A stretch of DNA of 63,541 nt from positions 1 through 63,541 of the forward strand of contig JBGSUI010000146.1 in assembly GCA_041736175.1 (NCBI GenBank), given 5' to 3'. Below, piece after piece: positions 39,901-49,245 of this stretch. This DNA is from Oligoflexales bacterium. Its GTDB lineage: Bacteria > Bdellovibrionota_B > Oligoflexia > Oligoflexales > CAIYRB01. The notes under the pieces were generated by a model. That model had not been told where the DNA came from. It saw only the letters and a program-made list of their open reading frames with translations, and ran no database searches. Position 1 is the first letter of the stretch. Each line of letters opens with the position of its first letter. The translations under genes and the position numbers were made by a program.

Positions 39901-40152
39901 GTCTTGTGATCGATACCCCCACTGGCTTGCAGATTGCCAATCCGATTTATAAAGAGGTGATCCCAAGACAGCTCACCTGGCTGAATCAAACCCAACTCAA
40001 AAGCGTCGTTACCCGCCAATAGTACATCAACGCCGATGGGTCCATCGCCGTAGAAAAGCTGCTCCAGGATTTTCAGCAATTCTTCCGAGAAAACAGCGAG
40101 GCTTGGATCCAGCGTTTTGACCAGTACCATGAGGCAGGCCCCCAGCTCTTGC
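39843..40152 (+). pseudogene. AAA-like ATPase, distal fragment with an internal stop
   Basis: The frame from 39843 reads [11 protein letters not shown]…IANPIYKEVIPR…Q*Y…FQQFFRENSE…YHEAGPQLL; TAG at 40020-40022. Confidence 0.8.
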
Positions 40153-40178
40153 CTCCGTGGGGTCGAAGCTAAAAAAGA

Positions 40179-40221
40179 TTTTTCCCGAACCTTTCAGCAA
40201 GCTGAAGTGATCGGGAAAAAA
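40179..40221 (-). terminator. Intrinsic terminator downstream of pilA
   Basis: TTTTTCCCGA…TTCAGC-AA-GCTGAA…TCGGGAAAAAA inverted repeat. Confidence 0.6.
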
Positions 40222-40246
40222 GGTGACCGTGCTGGTTACTAAACTC

Positions 40247-40726
40247 TTAGCAACCGGGTGACGTGATGGCATTGACAGTGTTCTGTAAATTCTTGACCTG
40301 GTCGATCGTCCAGGTGTCGTTGACGGCGCACGATGGATTGACTCGAGCCGTAGCCGATGAGTTTACAGCCTGAGCAGTAAAGGCTGTCGCATTGGCTAAA
40401 GTGGTGGTGTAACTGTACCTAACTTTGCTGCAATCCGTTAGCTTGAAGCCTAGGGGATTGTCTGCGGTACATGCTCCGGGCCCAATGGTGGTACCTAGGG
40501 CAGCATAGGTCGTATTATCCCCATAGTAGGACGACTGAAGAGTGTACATATGGGCCAAATTGACCTTAGCCTCAGACTGCCGGGCCTTAGCCTGAAAGGT
40601 CTGAAATCTTGGGACGGCTAATGCTGCTAGGATGCCGATGATCGCCACGACGACCATAAGCTCGACAAGGCTAAATCCTTTTTGATTTATCGTGGATCTT
40701 GTAAATGGATGACCGATTAATTTCAT
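40247..40726 (-). CDS. pilA: Type IVa pilin
   Basis: [34 protein letters not shown]-terminal Cys pairs; AGGAGG RBS. Confidence 0.88.
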   Translation of the reverse strand: MKLIGHPFTRSTINQKGFSLVELMVVVAIIGILAALAVPRFQTFQAKARQSEAKVNLAHMYTLQSSYYGDNTTYAALGTTIGPGACTADNPLGFKLTDCSKVRYSYTTTLANATAFTAQAVNSSATARVNPSCAVNDTWTIDQVKNLQNTVNAITSPGC

Positions 40727-40998
40727 AGAAACCTCCTAAAATGTTGATCGATGGTGGATATGCTCAAGATCTGCAGCCTAATCACTCGTTAAGCAACAAC
40801 CTCGAGATAATATCAACATCGGTGTTTTTATTAGAACCTTGAGGTTTTTTTATATTTTTATATAACTCCTCAATCCCTTTACCTAAAAGGATGGCTCGTC
40901 GGATGGCTTTACCGACACTAAAAAAAAGCGTGTTGCAGACTTTTACGACACACCAGTTTTTTGTTTAAATTTTAACAGCTTATCCAGCCGTCATCTCA

Positions 40999-42408
40999 CT
41001 AACGTAGGAACCTTGTCTTCCGAGTCGCTTTGGAGATTTTAGGAACAATTGGAGCAGCCTTGTCATAGGGACCGGGTCCATTCGAAGGGACCGAGGCCGA
41101 CATCCCTGCGTAGTCGTAATAGGCCCAAAAAGCCTCAGCAGCAAGACTAGGTCCTTTGACCACCCAACGCCCTTCGAGCATCACAACGCTTGCCACCACC
41201 ACCTCGGGATTTTCTGTTGGCGCTAAACCAGCAAACCAGGTGGTTAGTCCCTTTGGGGAGCTGCCGGTGAGAGTCCCGGTTTTCCCACCGACCAGACCCC
41301 GTAGCTTGGTGTATTTCCCCCGTCTAAAAGCAAAGGAAGCGGTGCCACCAAGGACGCTAGCGTCCAAGATATCTAGAAGATGGTCCGCCGTAGATTCGCT
41401 GTAGATCCCGTCACTGGCGGGCGCTGAAGAGATGGCGGAGTTTCGAAATATACGAAGTGGTATGGGATGCCCTCGGTGGGCAATGGTCATCATCAGATGG
41501 GCTCCATGGACTGCACTGAGACCTACATTGCCAAATCCTGCTGCAAATTTTCCAACCGTATGGGCACTGGAACTCTGGGGGGTTGGTGGCCGATAAGGCG
41601 CTTTCTCCAAGGCAAAATCAGTGGCCAGATGGGTCGTCCAACCTAGTTTTTTTGCATATTGGTTAATCGCACCGATTCCCAGGTTATTAACCGCCATTTT
41701 TGCATAGTAGCCGTTGCAGGAAGAGCCAAATGCTTTCCGTAAAGAAATTTCGGCTCCCGCTCGGCGCGCACCACTATCCATCATCCAGGCACCGGACTCC
41801 CCTACCCGCGAACACCCCCCTTGGAGATCCTGGGTCGCATAGGGATCCCACTGAGCGACATCCAAGGCTGCCGCGGTCACCACAGTCTTAAAAACCGACG
41901 CCGCAGGAAAACCACCATGCAGTGCCGTATGGACTTTAGCCCCCCAATCTTCTGGGGATTTGCCCTGGGCCATGGCTAGGATGTTGCCGGTTTTAACCTC
42001 AGCCACAACGACGGCAGCAATGGGGCTGCGGGCGTCGATCAGAAATGCTGAAAGATGATTTTGGAGATTAGGTACAAGGGTCGTCGCCTGGGGCACGCCA
42101 TGGGAGTCAGCGATGTAGATAACCCCGTCGGCTGCTGGCGGCGGAATCTTAGTGGGTATACCAGGCAAGTGAGGGGCTACCCCCGTGGAGGCTGACTTTG
42201 CAGAGTAAAAAGGAGGAGCTAGGGGGCCCTCAAACGTTGGCTCGCCTTGGGCAAAGCCAGTCCTCCCAGGCAAAGCTACATTTATCACGCCCAAAACCCA
42301 AAGAAACCATGCTACCGAGACGGAACCCTGTCGACCAGGGGGAATGTGAAATCTTCTGCATGGGGACAAATTCAAAAGGAACCTCCTCGATATGGAGTTT
42401 TGGCGCAT
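40999..42408 (-). CDS. Penicillin-binding transpeptidase-domain protein
   Basis: SVFK, SCN and KTGT motifs; WFAGLAP. Confidence 0.85.
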   Translation of the reverse strand: MRQNSISRRFLLNLSPCRRFHIPPGRQGSVSVAWFLWVLGVINVALPGRTGFAQGEPTFEGPLAPPFYSAKSASTGVAPHLPGIPTKIPPPAADGVIYIADSHGVPQATTLVPNLQNHLSAFLIDARSPIAAVVVAEVKTGNILAMAQGKSPEDWGAKVHTALHGGFPAASVFKTVVTAAALDVAQWDPYATQDLQGGCSRVGESGAWMMDSGARRAGAEISLRKAFGSSCNGYYAKMAVNNLGIGAINQYAKKLGWTTHLATDFALEKAPYRPPTPQSSSAHTVGKFAAGFGNVGLSAVHGAHLMMTIAHRGHPIPLRIFRNSAISSAPASDGIYSESTADHLLDILDASVLGGTASFAFRRGKYTKLRGLVGGKTGTLTGSSPKGLTTWFAGLAPTENPEVVVASVVMLEGRWVVKGPSLAAEAFWAYYDYAGMSASVPSNGPGPYDKAAPIVPKISKATRKTRFLR

Positions 42409-42716
42409 GATCCCCTGGTCTTAATTGGAAAATATTGTGTGCTGAGGTTGTACCAAAGCGGTCCGTAGGATGATTCCATTATACCTCTGTATCTGTGAAG
42501 TTGGGATCTTTTGGCCTAACTTAAAAGCCCCGGAAAAGGCTCGGGCTAAAGTCCCTCAGGAATTTTGAGGTTGTGATAAGGGACCATCATAGTTAAAATT
42601 CTTTTAAGAGTCAGCACTTTGGTTGATTCAAGGAGTCCTGTTGGAAACCCTGGCCGAAAACGCTGGGTCAAGTTTGGTAGGTAGTCCGCGACTCGATCAC
42701 CAAAAGGAAGACCGCT

Positions 42717-43940
42717 ATTCCCTCTCTTCATCTGATCCATCGTTACTTGCTGCGAGAGCTCCTTCCTCAGTTTTTATCGGCCATGGTTGTGATTTGTTCG
42801 ATCATCGTGATCTCCCAGTTGGTCAGGCTGTCCGAGGTCTTGGTGACCTTTGGGTTGTCCCTCGAAAACTTGTTTTTGCCTTTTCTCTATATCATCTTAC
42901 CGTTTATCTCAATCACCATACCTATCGCCTATCTGTTTGCCGTGTTGCTTTGTTTTGGCCGGCTAAGTGCCGATGGTGAGTATGCTGCGCTTTTAGCGGC
43001 GGGTTTCCCCCTCAAGCGCGCCGCTAGGACGGTCCTCGCCCTAGGCGTCGTCCTGTATGGGGTCGGTGTTGCCGCCGCTATGAATCTAGAGTCCTGGGGA
43101 CGCCGGGAGATGATTCAATTCCTCTACCGTAAGACTCAGACAGAACTTGATAACCTTGTCAAATACAAACTCCAACCGGGAGTCTTTCTTGAAAACTTTC
43201 TCGGATACGTCCTGTACACAGAAAAAATCGCGTCCAACCGGACCAATTTCGAAAATATCCTCATCGCCCCCAGAAACGACGCCAAAAACAGCAATTTTTT
43301 TGTGGCTGCACCGTCCGGAAGCATCGTCGGCACGGTCGAGACAGGAGAACTGCGGCTTAAATTAGAGCGGGGTATGGCCTACTCCCGCAAACCCAACTCC
43401 CATAAGATCTCCTTGACAAAGTTCAACCATGCGGAAATAGACCTGCTTAGGGTTTTTCAAGAACAGATCTTGGGTCCAGACAACAAAGAAGACGATTACC
43501 GTAGCTACCGGCCCCTTGAGCTTTGGCACTTTATCCGCAATCTTAAAACCCAGGCCAATCCCGATCAGGGACTGATCAGAAGAGCCAGCTACCTCTTTCA
43601 CCAACGGATTGCCTCTCCCTTTGCTGCGTTGACCTTTGCTCTCTTTGGTATGGTCCTCGGGGTCAGCGACCCGCGACGGGGCAAAAGCTCTGCCTATGTG
43701 GGGGCCATCGTTACCATCATAGGTGGCTATGTGATTTTAATGGGCTGTAAGTGGCTTGCAGAAAACGCCTATGTGCCCGTCGTTGTCGGTGCTTGGCTGC
43801 CCAATCTAGGTATCGGAATCTTAGGGTTTTTCTTGGTATACCAAAAAAATCGACTCCCCCCCTCCGAGAGCACCCTGGACTGGCGCAATCTGCCTTTTAT
43901 ACGCCGGTCTGCCTCAAAGGTCCCGCCGGGTACCCACTGA
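42717..43940 (+). CDS. lptF: LptF/LptG family LPS export permease (start uncertain: ATT 42717, CTG 42732 or TTG 42747)
   Basis: LIHRYLLRE, RLSADGEYAAL, LQPGVF, HQRIASPF, AWLPN. Confidence 0.8.
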   Translation: MPSLHLIHRYLLRELLPQFLSAMVVICSIIVISQLVRLSEVLVTFGLSLENLFLPFLYIILPFISITIPIAYLFAVLLCFGRLSADGEYAALLAAGFPLKRAARTVLALGVVLYGVGVAAAMNLESWGRREMIQFLYRKTQTELDNLVKYKLQPGVFLENFLGYVLYTEKIASNRTNFENILIAPRNDAKNSNFFVAAPSGSIVGTVETGELRLKLERGMAYSRKPNSHKISLTKFNHAEIDLLRVFQEQILGPDNKEDDYRSYRPLELWHFIRNLKTQANPDQGLIRRASYLFHQRIASPFAALTFALFGMVLGVSDPRRGKSSAYVGAIVTIIGGYVILMGCKWLAENAYVPVVVGAWLPNLGIGILGFFLVYQKNRLPPSESTLDWRNLPFIRRSASKVPPGTH

Positions 43941-43957
43941 AATCTGTAGAAAGACCA

Positions 43958-44413
43958 CTAAGCAGCATCGTAATCAATCGAGATTGAGAAGCCTTTATCA
44001 TCACCACTGGCAAGATCTAGGACGTGATTAATATCAGCTTCAGATAACTTGATCTTGCTATTATGAAAGAACATTGCTTTTAAGCGGATCAATACTTCGG
44101 AATGCTGATCCATGCCCGTGGATTCGTTTTTTTGAGCTTCCCACTTTGAGATCAAGCTTCGATCTTTAATCCCAATTCTTTTGGCAAAGGCAGCTTGAGT
44201 TTGCTCCATAGTTAAACGAATAAATTTAACTTCGGCTCCGGTCAGTCGAGCTGGTTTTCTGACTACTTTGAGAAAAACCTGGTCTCTGATCGATGCGGGA
44301 TCAAGATCAAGAATTTCTGTGCTACCTAGCTTATAAAAAGGTGCGCTTTTGATGATCATAGGAAAGCCAAAGCCCTTGAAGACTATGTCTTTGTGGTAAA
44401 TGGTTTTATTCAT
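43958..44413 (-). CDS. HTH antitoxin (MqsA/HigA-like)
   Basis: LTGAEVKFIRLTMEQTQAAFAKRIG…ISKWE; 1-nt overlap with the upstream toxin. Confidence 0.75.
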   Translation of the reverse strand: MNKTIYHKDIVFKGFGFPMIIKSAPFYKLGSTEILDLDPASIRDQVFLKVVRKPARLTGAEVKFIRLTMEQTQAAFAKRIGIKDRSLISKWEAQKNESTGMDQHSEVLIRLKAMFFHNSKIKLSEADINHVLDLASGDDKGFSISIDYDAA

Positions 44414-44715
44414 TATGCTTCCTTATCTATAACAGTGACAACAATAACGTCGCCAAAAACGGCAATTATGATTCTGAGGTCTCGTTCATCGAAAGTTTGG
44501 CCCCTTATTGAATACTTCCAGCCAAGATTTAGATCAAAGTCATCCTTCTTTTTTTCATGAAATCCATTTTTCAGGATATAAAGGACTTCAGAGTCAATAA
44601 CTTCTCGCTCTGCCATCCTTTCCAAGGCATGGACGCTATAGCGGATTTTTTGTGTTTCGATTGCATTTGAGACTACTTCTAGGACATTGCCAATTTTTTT
44701 AGGTCGTTTTTTCAT
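44413..44715 (-). CDS. DUF4258 putative RNase toxin
   Basis: SVHALERMAER, KYSIRG, LRIII, VIVVTVID. Confidence 0.78.
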   Translation of the reverse strand: MKKRPKKIGNVLEVVSNAIETQKIRYSVHALERMAEREVIDSEVLYILKNGFHEKKKDDFDLNLGWKYSIRGQTFDERDLRIIIAVFGDVIVVTVIDKEA

Positions 44716-45005
44716 TCCACTCCCTCGGCTTGGGACATGGTATCATATTCAGTGCAAAAAGTGAACCGTTCACAGTTTTAATAAATATTCAATAATTTAA
44801 AATAGTTAATCAATTTAACTCGCTGGGTCGTGTGACTGACTCTTTGACATTCCTTAAATAGATGTCCACTGAGTTCCATAGGAATCTGGGAAACAGATTG
44901 CCGCCTTAGAGTGTTGTGCCTATAATCCCCAGGACTGAACAAGCCTCGTAGGAAACAGCACCGAGGGCTAAACCCGCTTCCACACTAGCGACAAGGATAT
45001 TCACC

Positions 45006-46247
45006 ATGCGTCGAGTTGTCGTCACCGGACTTGGTCTCGTCACCCCCTGTGGAACCTCCGTACCAGACACCTGGAAGGCAGTCCTAGAGGCTCGCTCAGG
45101 AGTGCGGCTTATCACCAAGTTCCCAGTCACCGACTATCCCGTAAAAATCGCTGCCGAAGTGGACCCGTTTTCCTTGGGAGATATCCTTGACAGCAAAGAA
45201 GCTCGGCGGACCACGGATTTTGTAAAATATGCGGTCAAAGCCTCCCATGAAGCGTTGGAAGATGCGGGCCTCCTCCGGAACAATCCCGACGAAGACCGCA
45301 GCCAGTTTGGCACCTCCATCGGAGTGGGGATCGGCGGTATCGGCGATATCGAGGCTTCGACCCTGACCTTAAACCAAAGCGGGCCCCGCAGGGTTTCGCC
45401 CTTTTTTATGCCCTACTCCATTTCCAATATGGCGGCAGGAGTGGTCTCGCGGCTTTTTGATCTAAAGGGCCCCAATATCTGCACGACCACAGCATGCACG
45501 AGCGGCACCCACGGCGTCGGCGAAGGTTTTTTATATATCCGAAACCATATGGCTGACGTCATGGTGGTCGGTGGTGCCGAGGCTGCTATCAGCCCCCTGT
45601 CCATAGCTGCTTTTGCATCCATGAAAGCCCTGAGCACCCACCACGAGGATCCGGCGAGCGCCTCTCGGCCCTTTGACCTTAACCGAGATGGTTTTGTGAT
45701 GGGAGAAGGCTCAGGGATTCTGGTCCTCGAAGAGTACGAGCATGCCAAAAAGCGCGGGGCGACGATCTATGCCGAGATGGTTGGTTACGGTATGTCAGGG
45801 GATGCCCATCACATCACCGCACCGGCACCCGAGGGTGAAGGCGCCCAGCGCTGTATGCGCCAGGCTCTTAAGGTAGCCCAAATCTCTCCCGAAAAGATCG
45901 ACTATATCAATGCCCACGGGACGTCGACAGAGCTAAACGACAAATACGAATCCGCGGCCATCAGACATGTGTTTGGCAACCACGCCAAAAAAATCTCCAT
46001 CTCGTCCACAAAAGGGGTAACGGGCCACTGCCTAGGAGCGGCTGGCGGTATCGAAGCGGTCCTTAGCGTCCTCGCCCTCCACCATGGGGTGGTTCCACCG
46101 ACAGCTAATCTGCGAACCCCAGATCCCCACTGCGACCTTGATTACACCCCACTGATCCCAAGAGAGCGGGAGCTACACTATGCCCTCTCAAACTCCTTTG
46201 GGTTTGGGGGAACCAATGGAACGGTGGCCTTTAAAAGGTTTAGCTGA
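45006..46247 (+). CDS. fabF: 3-oxoacyl-ACP synthase II
   Basis: RRVVVTGLG, TACTSG, DGFVMGEG, INAHGTST, GHCLGAAG, SNSFGFGGTN. Confidence 0.96.
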   Translation: MRRVVVTGLGLVTPCGTSVPDTWKAVLEARSGVRLITKFPVTDYPVKIAAEVDPFSLGDILDSKEARRTTDFVKYAVKASHEALEDAGLLRNNPDEDRSQFGTSIGVGIGGIGDIEASTLTLNQSGPRRVSPFFMPYSISNMAAGVVSRLFDLKGPNICTTTACTSGTHGVGEGFLYIRNHMADVMVVGGAEAAISPLSIAAFASMKALSTHHEDPASASRPFDLNRDGFVMGEGSGILVLEEYEHAKKRGATIYAEMVGYGMSGDAHHITAPAPEGEGAQRCMRQALKVAQISPEKIDYINAHGTSTELNDKYESAAIRHVFGNHAKKISISSTKGVTGHCLGAAGGIEAVLSVLALHHGVVPPTANLRTPDPHCDLDYTPLIPRERELHYALSNSFGFGGTNGTVAFKRFS

Positions 46248-46296
46248 CAGTGGTGAACATGCAGCAGAGAGGCTTGAAAATCGAAAGGGTATTAGT

Positions 46297-46653
46297 ATGA
46301 ATGCTAGGAGCCGATCGGAAGCCATCGAAGCACTGGAAAATTTATCGTTTATTATAGTGGTTCATTTAGCTTTGGTGACTTTTTTTTCAAGCCATCAAGC
46401 CGTGAGACATTGGCAAAGCGAGCTGGATGGATTTGTAAGTGCCTTAAGGCGGTATGACAAAGGAAAAAAGCGTAAGCATAATTTTAACAAAGATCTAATC
46501 TGTGACGCACTCCTCGAACTCCTCGAAGATCGAAAAATCCAGGATGATATCGAGGACTTTATTGCTTCTAAGGGACTCCCCGTCGATGATCTGGATTTTG
46601 AAGCCGTCAAGCCGCTGGTGGTTCCCTTTGCGGAGTCTATTTTAATGGAGTGA
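46297..46653 (+). CDS. Small helical protein, DUF29-like
   Basis: RSE…LE…IVVHL…HWQSEL pattern; AT-rich insert between the fabF repeats. Confidence 0.45.
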   Translation: MNARSRSEAIEALENLSFIIVVHLALVTFFSSHQAVRHWQSELDGFVSALRRYDKGKKRKHNFNKDLICDALLELLEDRKIQDDIEDFIASKGLPVDDLDFEAVKPLVVPFAESILME

Positions 46654-46692
46654 CTTCCGCAGGTAAGTTCTTGCTAGGATGACAAGCCTTAG

Positions 46693-46786
46693 CTGATTCC
46701 CAGTGAGCAGGAATTGCGCTATGCTCGTTCAAACTCCTTTGGGTTTGGAGGAACGAATGGAACGGTGGCCTTTCAAAAGTCATAGC
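46693..46786 (+). pseudogene. Diverged remnant of the fabF 3' end (repeat of 46152-46244)
   Basis: Reads LIPSEQELRYARSNSFGFGGTNGTVAFQKS* versus LIPRERELHYALSNSFGFGGTNGTVAFKRFS*; offset 541 bp. Confidence 0.92.
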
Positions 46787-46810
46787 CGGTGGGCCTCTAG
46801 CTGGCTTAAA

Positions 46811-47632
46811 TTGTCAATTGTCAAAATTTCGCAAAACTTGGCACTGTTGTTAGGAGTTTTGACGGCGAGTTTTGGCCTAGGTTCCAGGGATTCCCATGCC
46901 TTTGTATCCAGTGTTTGGAACTACCTCAAGCAGTACCAATTCGGCGTGGACTACGCCTCGACCAACGACTCCATGGCCGTCACCTATGATGTGGAGGGGG
47001 CCAATCGCTCAGCCTGTAGCTCTGCGGTGGATCGACCTGGCTATAGCACCTGTAACGTCGAGATCCGCCGGTCCACCCCTTCCAGTGGTACTGGTTTTGT
47101 CTTACAACAAGCCTTTCGCCGCCAGGGCAACTTTTACTTTAAGCCTGACTTGAGTCTCGGGGTGCGGTATTTGACGGGAGAATTAACAAAAAACGAAGGG
47201 CAAAAACAGGTTTCCCTGGGACTTCCCCTCAAGAGCTTGAGCTACTCTTTGGCTGCTCTTGTGGTGAAACCTTATATCCAAATAGGTATCACTCCTAAAA
47301 GCCGGTGGCCTGACCTGCTGTTAAGCCTTGGTCCGGCCATGCAGGTGGCCCTCGGTCAGGTGGGTGTCAATGACGAAAAACAATATGTGGCCATGGCCAC
47401 CACATCGGATTCTTATTTTTTCGGCTTTTTCGAGGTGGAAATCGTTTTAGTCCGTTTTGGTGACGGTGCGTTTTCGCTCTTTACCTCGACCGACAACACC
47501 CACGGGGGCAAAGGCACCCGATTTTATCCAAAAACCGTGGATGGCATGGACCGGTTTTACGCCACATCCAAGAGGTCGATTGGTGGGGGGTTTTGGGGGT
47601 ATGGCCTTAAACTCATCCTTAATTGGCCTTAG
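46811..47632 (+). CDS. Hypothetical secreted/outer-membrane beta-rich protein (start uncertain)
   Basis: Signal-like segment, amphipathic beta strands, terminal YGLKLILNWP. The first part of the listed ORF overlaps the fabF remnant. Confidence 0.55.
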   Translation: MSIVKISQNLALLLGVLTASFGLGSRDSHAFVSSVWNYLKQYQFGVDYASTNDSMAVTYDVEGANRSACSSAVDRPGYSTCNVEIRRSTPSSGTGFVLQQAFRRQGNFYFKPDLSLGVRYLTGELTKNEGQKQVSLGLPLKSLSYSLAALVVKPYIQIGITPKSRWPDLLLSLGPAMQVALGQVGVNDEKQYVAMATTSDSYFFGFFEVEIVLVRFGDGAFSLFTSTDNTHGGKGTRFYPKTVDGMDRFYATSKRSIGGGFWGYGLKLILNWP

Positions 47633-47804
47633 GGAATGAGGGGCTCATTATCCCTGGTAGGGATCATACAGGTTGGAAAGAATTCTGCTATGATTCTTCC
47701 GACCACCACAAAATCCCCCCCCTCAAGCCCTGGGATATTCTTCCGATACCATAAGAACGAGGTTTCTATCGACCATTCCAACTCCCATAAGGAGCGACTG
47801 AGGC

Positions 47805-49052
47805 ATGTCCACTGATCCTAAAAACCTAGCCGCAAAGTATAAAATACAAAGCCCGACGACCTTAGACCCTAAGTCAGCGATTATGGTGATTGAGGACCAG
47901 GTGGAACTAAGGCTTATCGTCACCCACCAGCTCCAAAAACTCAGTTTTACCTCAGCACGCCAAGCCTCCAATGGCTACGAAGCCCTGGAGATCATTCGCG
48001 AAGAAAAGCTCAAACTAGGGGCTATTATCTGCGATATGGAAATGCCGGTGATGGGCGGGATCGATTTCCTTTCCGAGTTAAGGGAAAACCCAGATTTTGA
48101 CGTGGCGCCCTTCTGCATCACGATGGATAACGTCACCAAAGAAAAGATGATGCTCGCCGTGGAAAACGGCACCGACGAAATCCTAGTCAAGCCTTTTACC
48201 CTCGGAGATATCGGTCCCAAACTACGAGCTGCTTTTTCCAAGTTTCATCTACCTAATAATCCAGAAAAAGTTTATGAGCTAGCCAAACAAATGATGCGGG
48301 ACAACAAGCTCGACCTATCAGCAGCCATCTACAAAGACCTAGGACTCCACGCTCCCAAGGCGGCGCGCCCCCTTGTCGGCCTCGCAAGGATCGAAATCAA
48401 AAAAGGCAATATGGCCGAGGCCCTTAAACTCCTGGTAGAGGCAGAAGGCAAAAACCCAAACTTTGTACATACCTACGTCGAACGAGGGGTTATCTATTCC
48501 AAGCAGTCCGAGTGGGACCAGGCAGTCCTATGCTTTAAAAAAGCGATCGAACTCTCCCCCCTCAATGCCCACCGCTATAAGATGGCTGCCGACATCCTGT
48601 TTCCGACTAAGAAATATGCTGAGGCTTGCGAACTCTTGGAGTCTGCCCTTAAATACAATCTTGATTTTCCAGACCTCTACAAATATCTATGCCAGGCTAA
48701 ATTCGCCCTCAAAGACTACAAACTGGCCCAAAAATATATCAAACAAGCTCTCCAAGCAAATCCAGAAAACGTCGATTACTTAAACCAATTAGGGATCTGT
48801 CTTAAAGAAACCAACCAGGTAGACGAGGCCCTTAAGGTCTATAACCAAGCCATTAAGATCGATCCGAATAACATTGACTCGCTTTATAACAAAGCGGTCT
48901 TAGTTAAATCCAAACACGACTATGACGAAGCTATCAAGCTTTTTGAGCGGGTGATTAAAAAAGACCCGACCTTTACTCTGGCTAAAACTAAGCTCGAAGA
49001 GTGTCGCAAGGAAAAAGCTGCGCTAAAACCACCAGCAGCCCCCGCAGCTTAA
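47805..49052 (+). CDS. Response regulator with TPR repeats
   Basis: VIEDQ, CDMEMPVMGG, LVKPF; multiple TPR units. Confidence 0.88.
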   Translation: MSTDPKNLAAKYKIQSPTTLDPKSAIMVIEDQVELRLIVTHQLQKLSFTSARQASNGYEALEIIREEKLKLGAIICDMEMPVMGGIDFLSELRENPDFDVAPFCITMDNVTKEKMMLAVENGTDEILVKPFTLGDIGPKLRAAFSKFHLPNNPEKVYELAKQMMRDNKLDLSAAIYKDLGLHAPKAARPLVGLARIEIKKGNMAEALKLLVEAEGKNPNFVHTYVERGVIYSKQSEWDQAVLCFKKAIELSPLNAHRYKMAADILFPTKKYAEACELLESALKYNLDFPDLYKYLCQAKFALKDYKLAQKYIKQALQANPENVDYLNQLGICLKETNQVDEALKVYNQAIKIDPNNIDSLYNKAVLVKSKHDYDEAIKLFERVIKKDPTFTLAKTKLEECRKEKAALKPPAAPAA

Positions 49053-49099
49053 GTCATCCATGAAACTTGGCCCGTCACATCTTCCTAATGCGAGCAGGA

Positions 49100-49245
49100 A
49101 AAGTTAAGGATTAACAATATTATATAAGTTGAATTTATATAATATTGATAATTAAATTAAACTTACTTGTATTTTAGATAATATATGTTATAATTTTCCA
49201 TGATAGCAGGGTCTTCCATAGACTTGCTTTTTTTAACTTGCTAAA
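49100..49245 (+). promoter_or_regulatory. Very AT-rich upstream region of the 8-gene operon
   Basis: About 100 bp of nearly pure A/T upstream of the first gene; no specific site assigned. Confidence 0.4.

Noticed and set aside
46180..46810. Two paralogous proteins sharing the N-terminus QTPLGLxExMERWP
   Set aside because: The shared peptide is an off-frame translation of the duplicated fabF 3' end.
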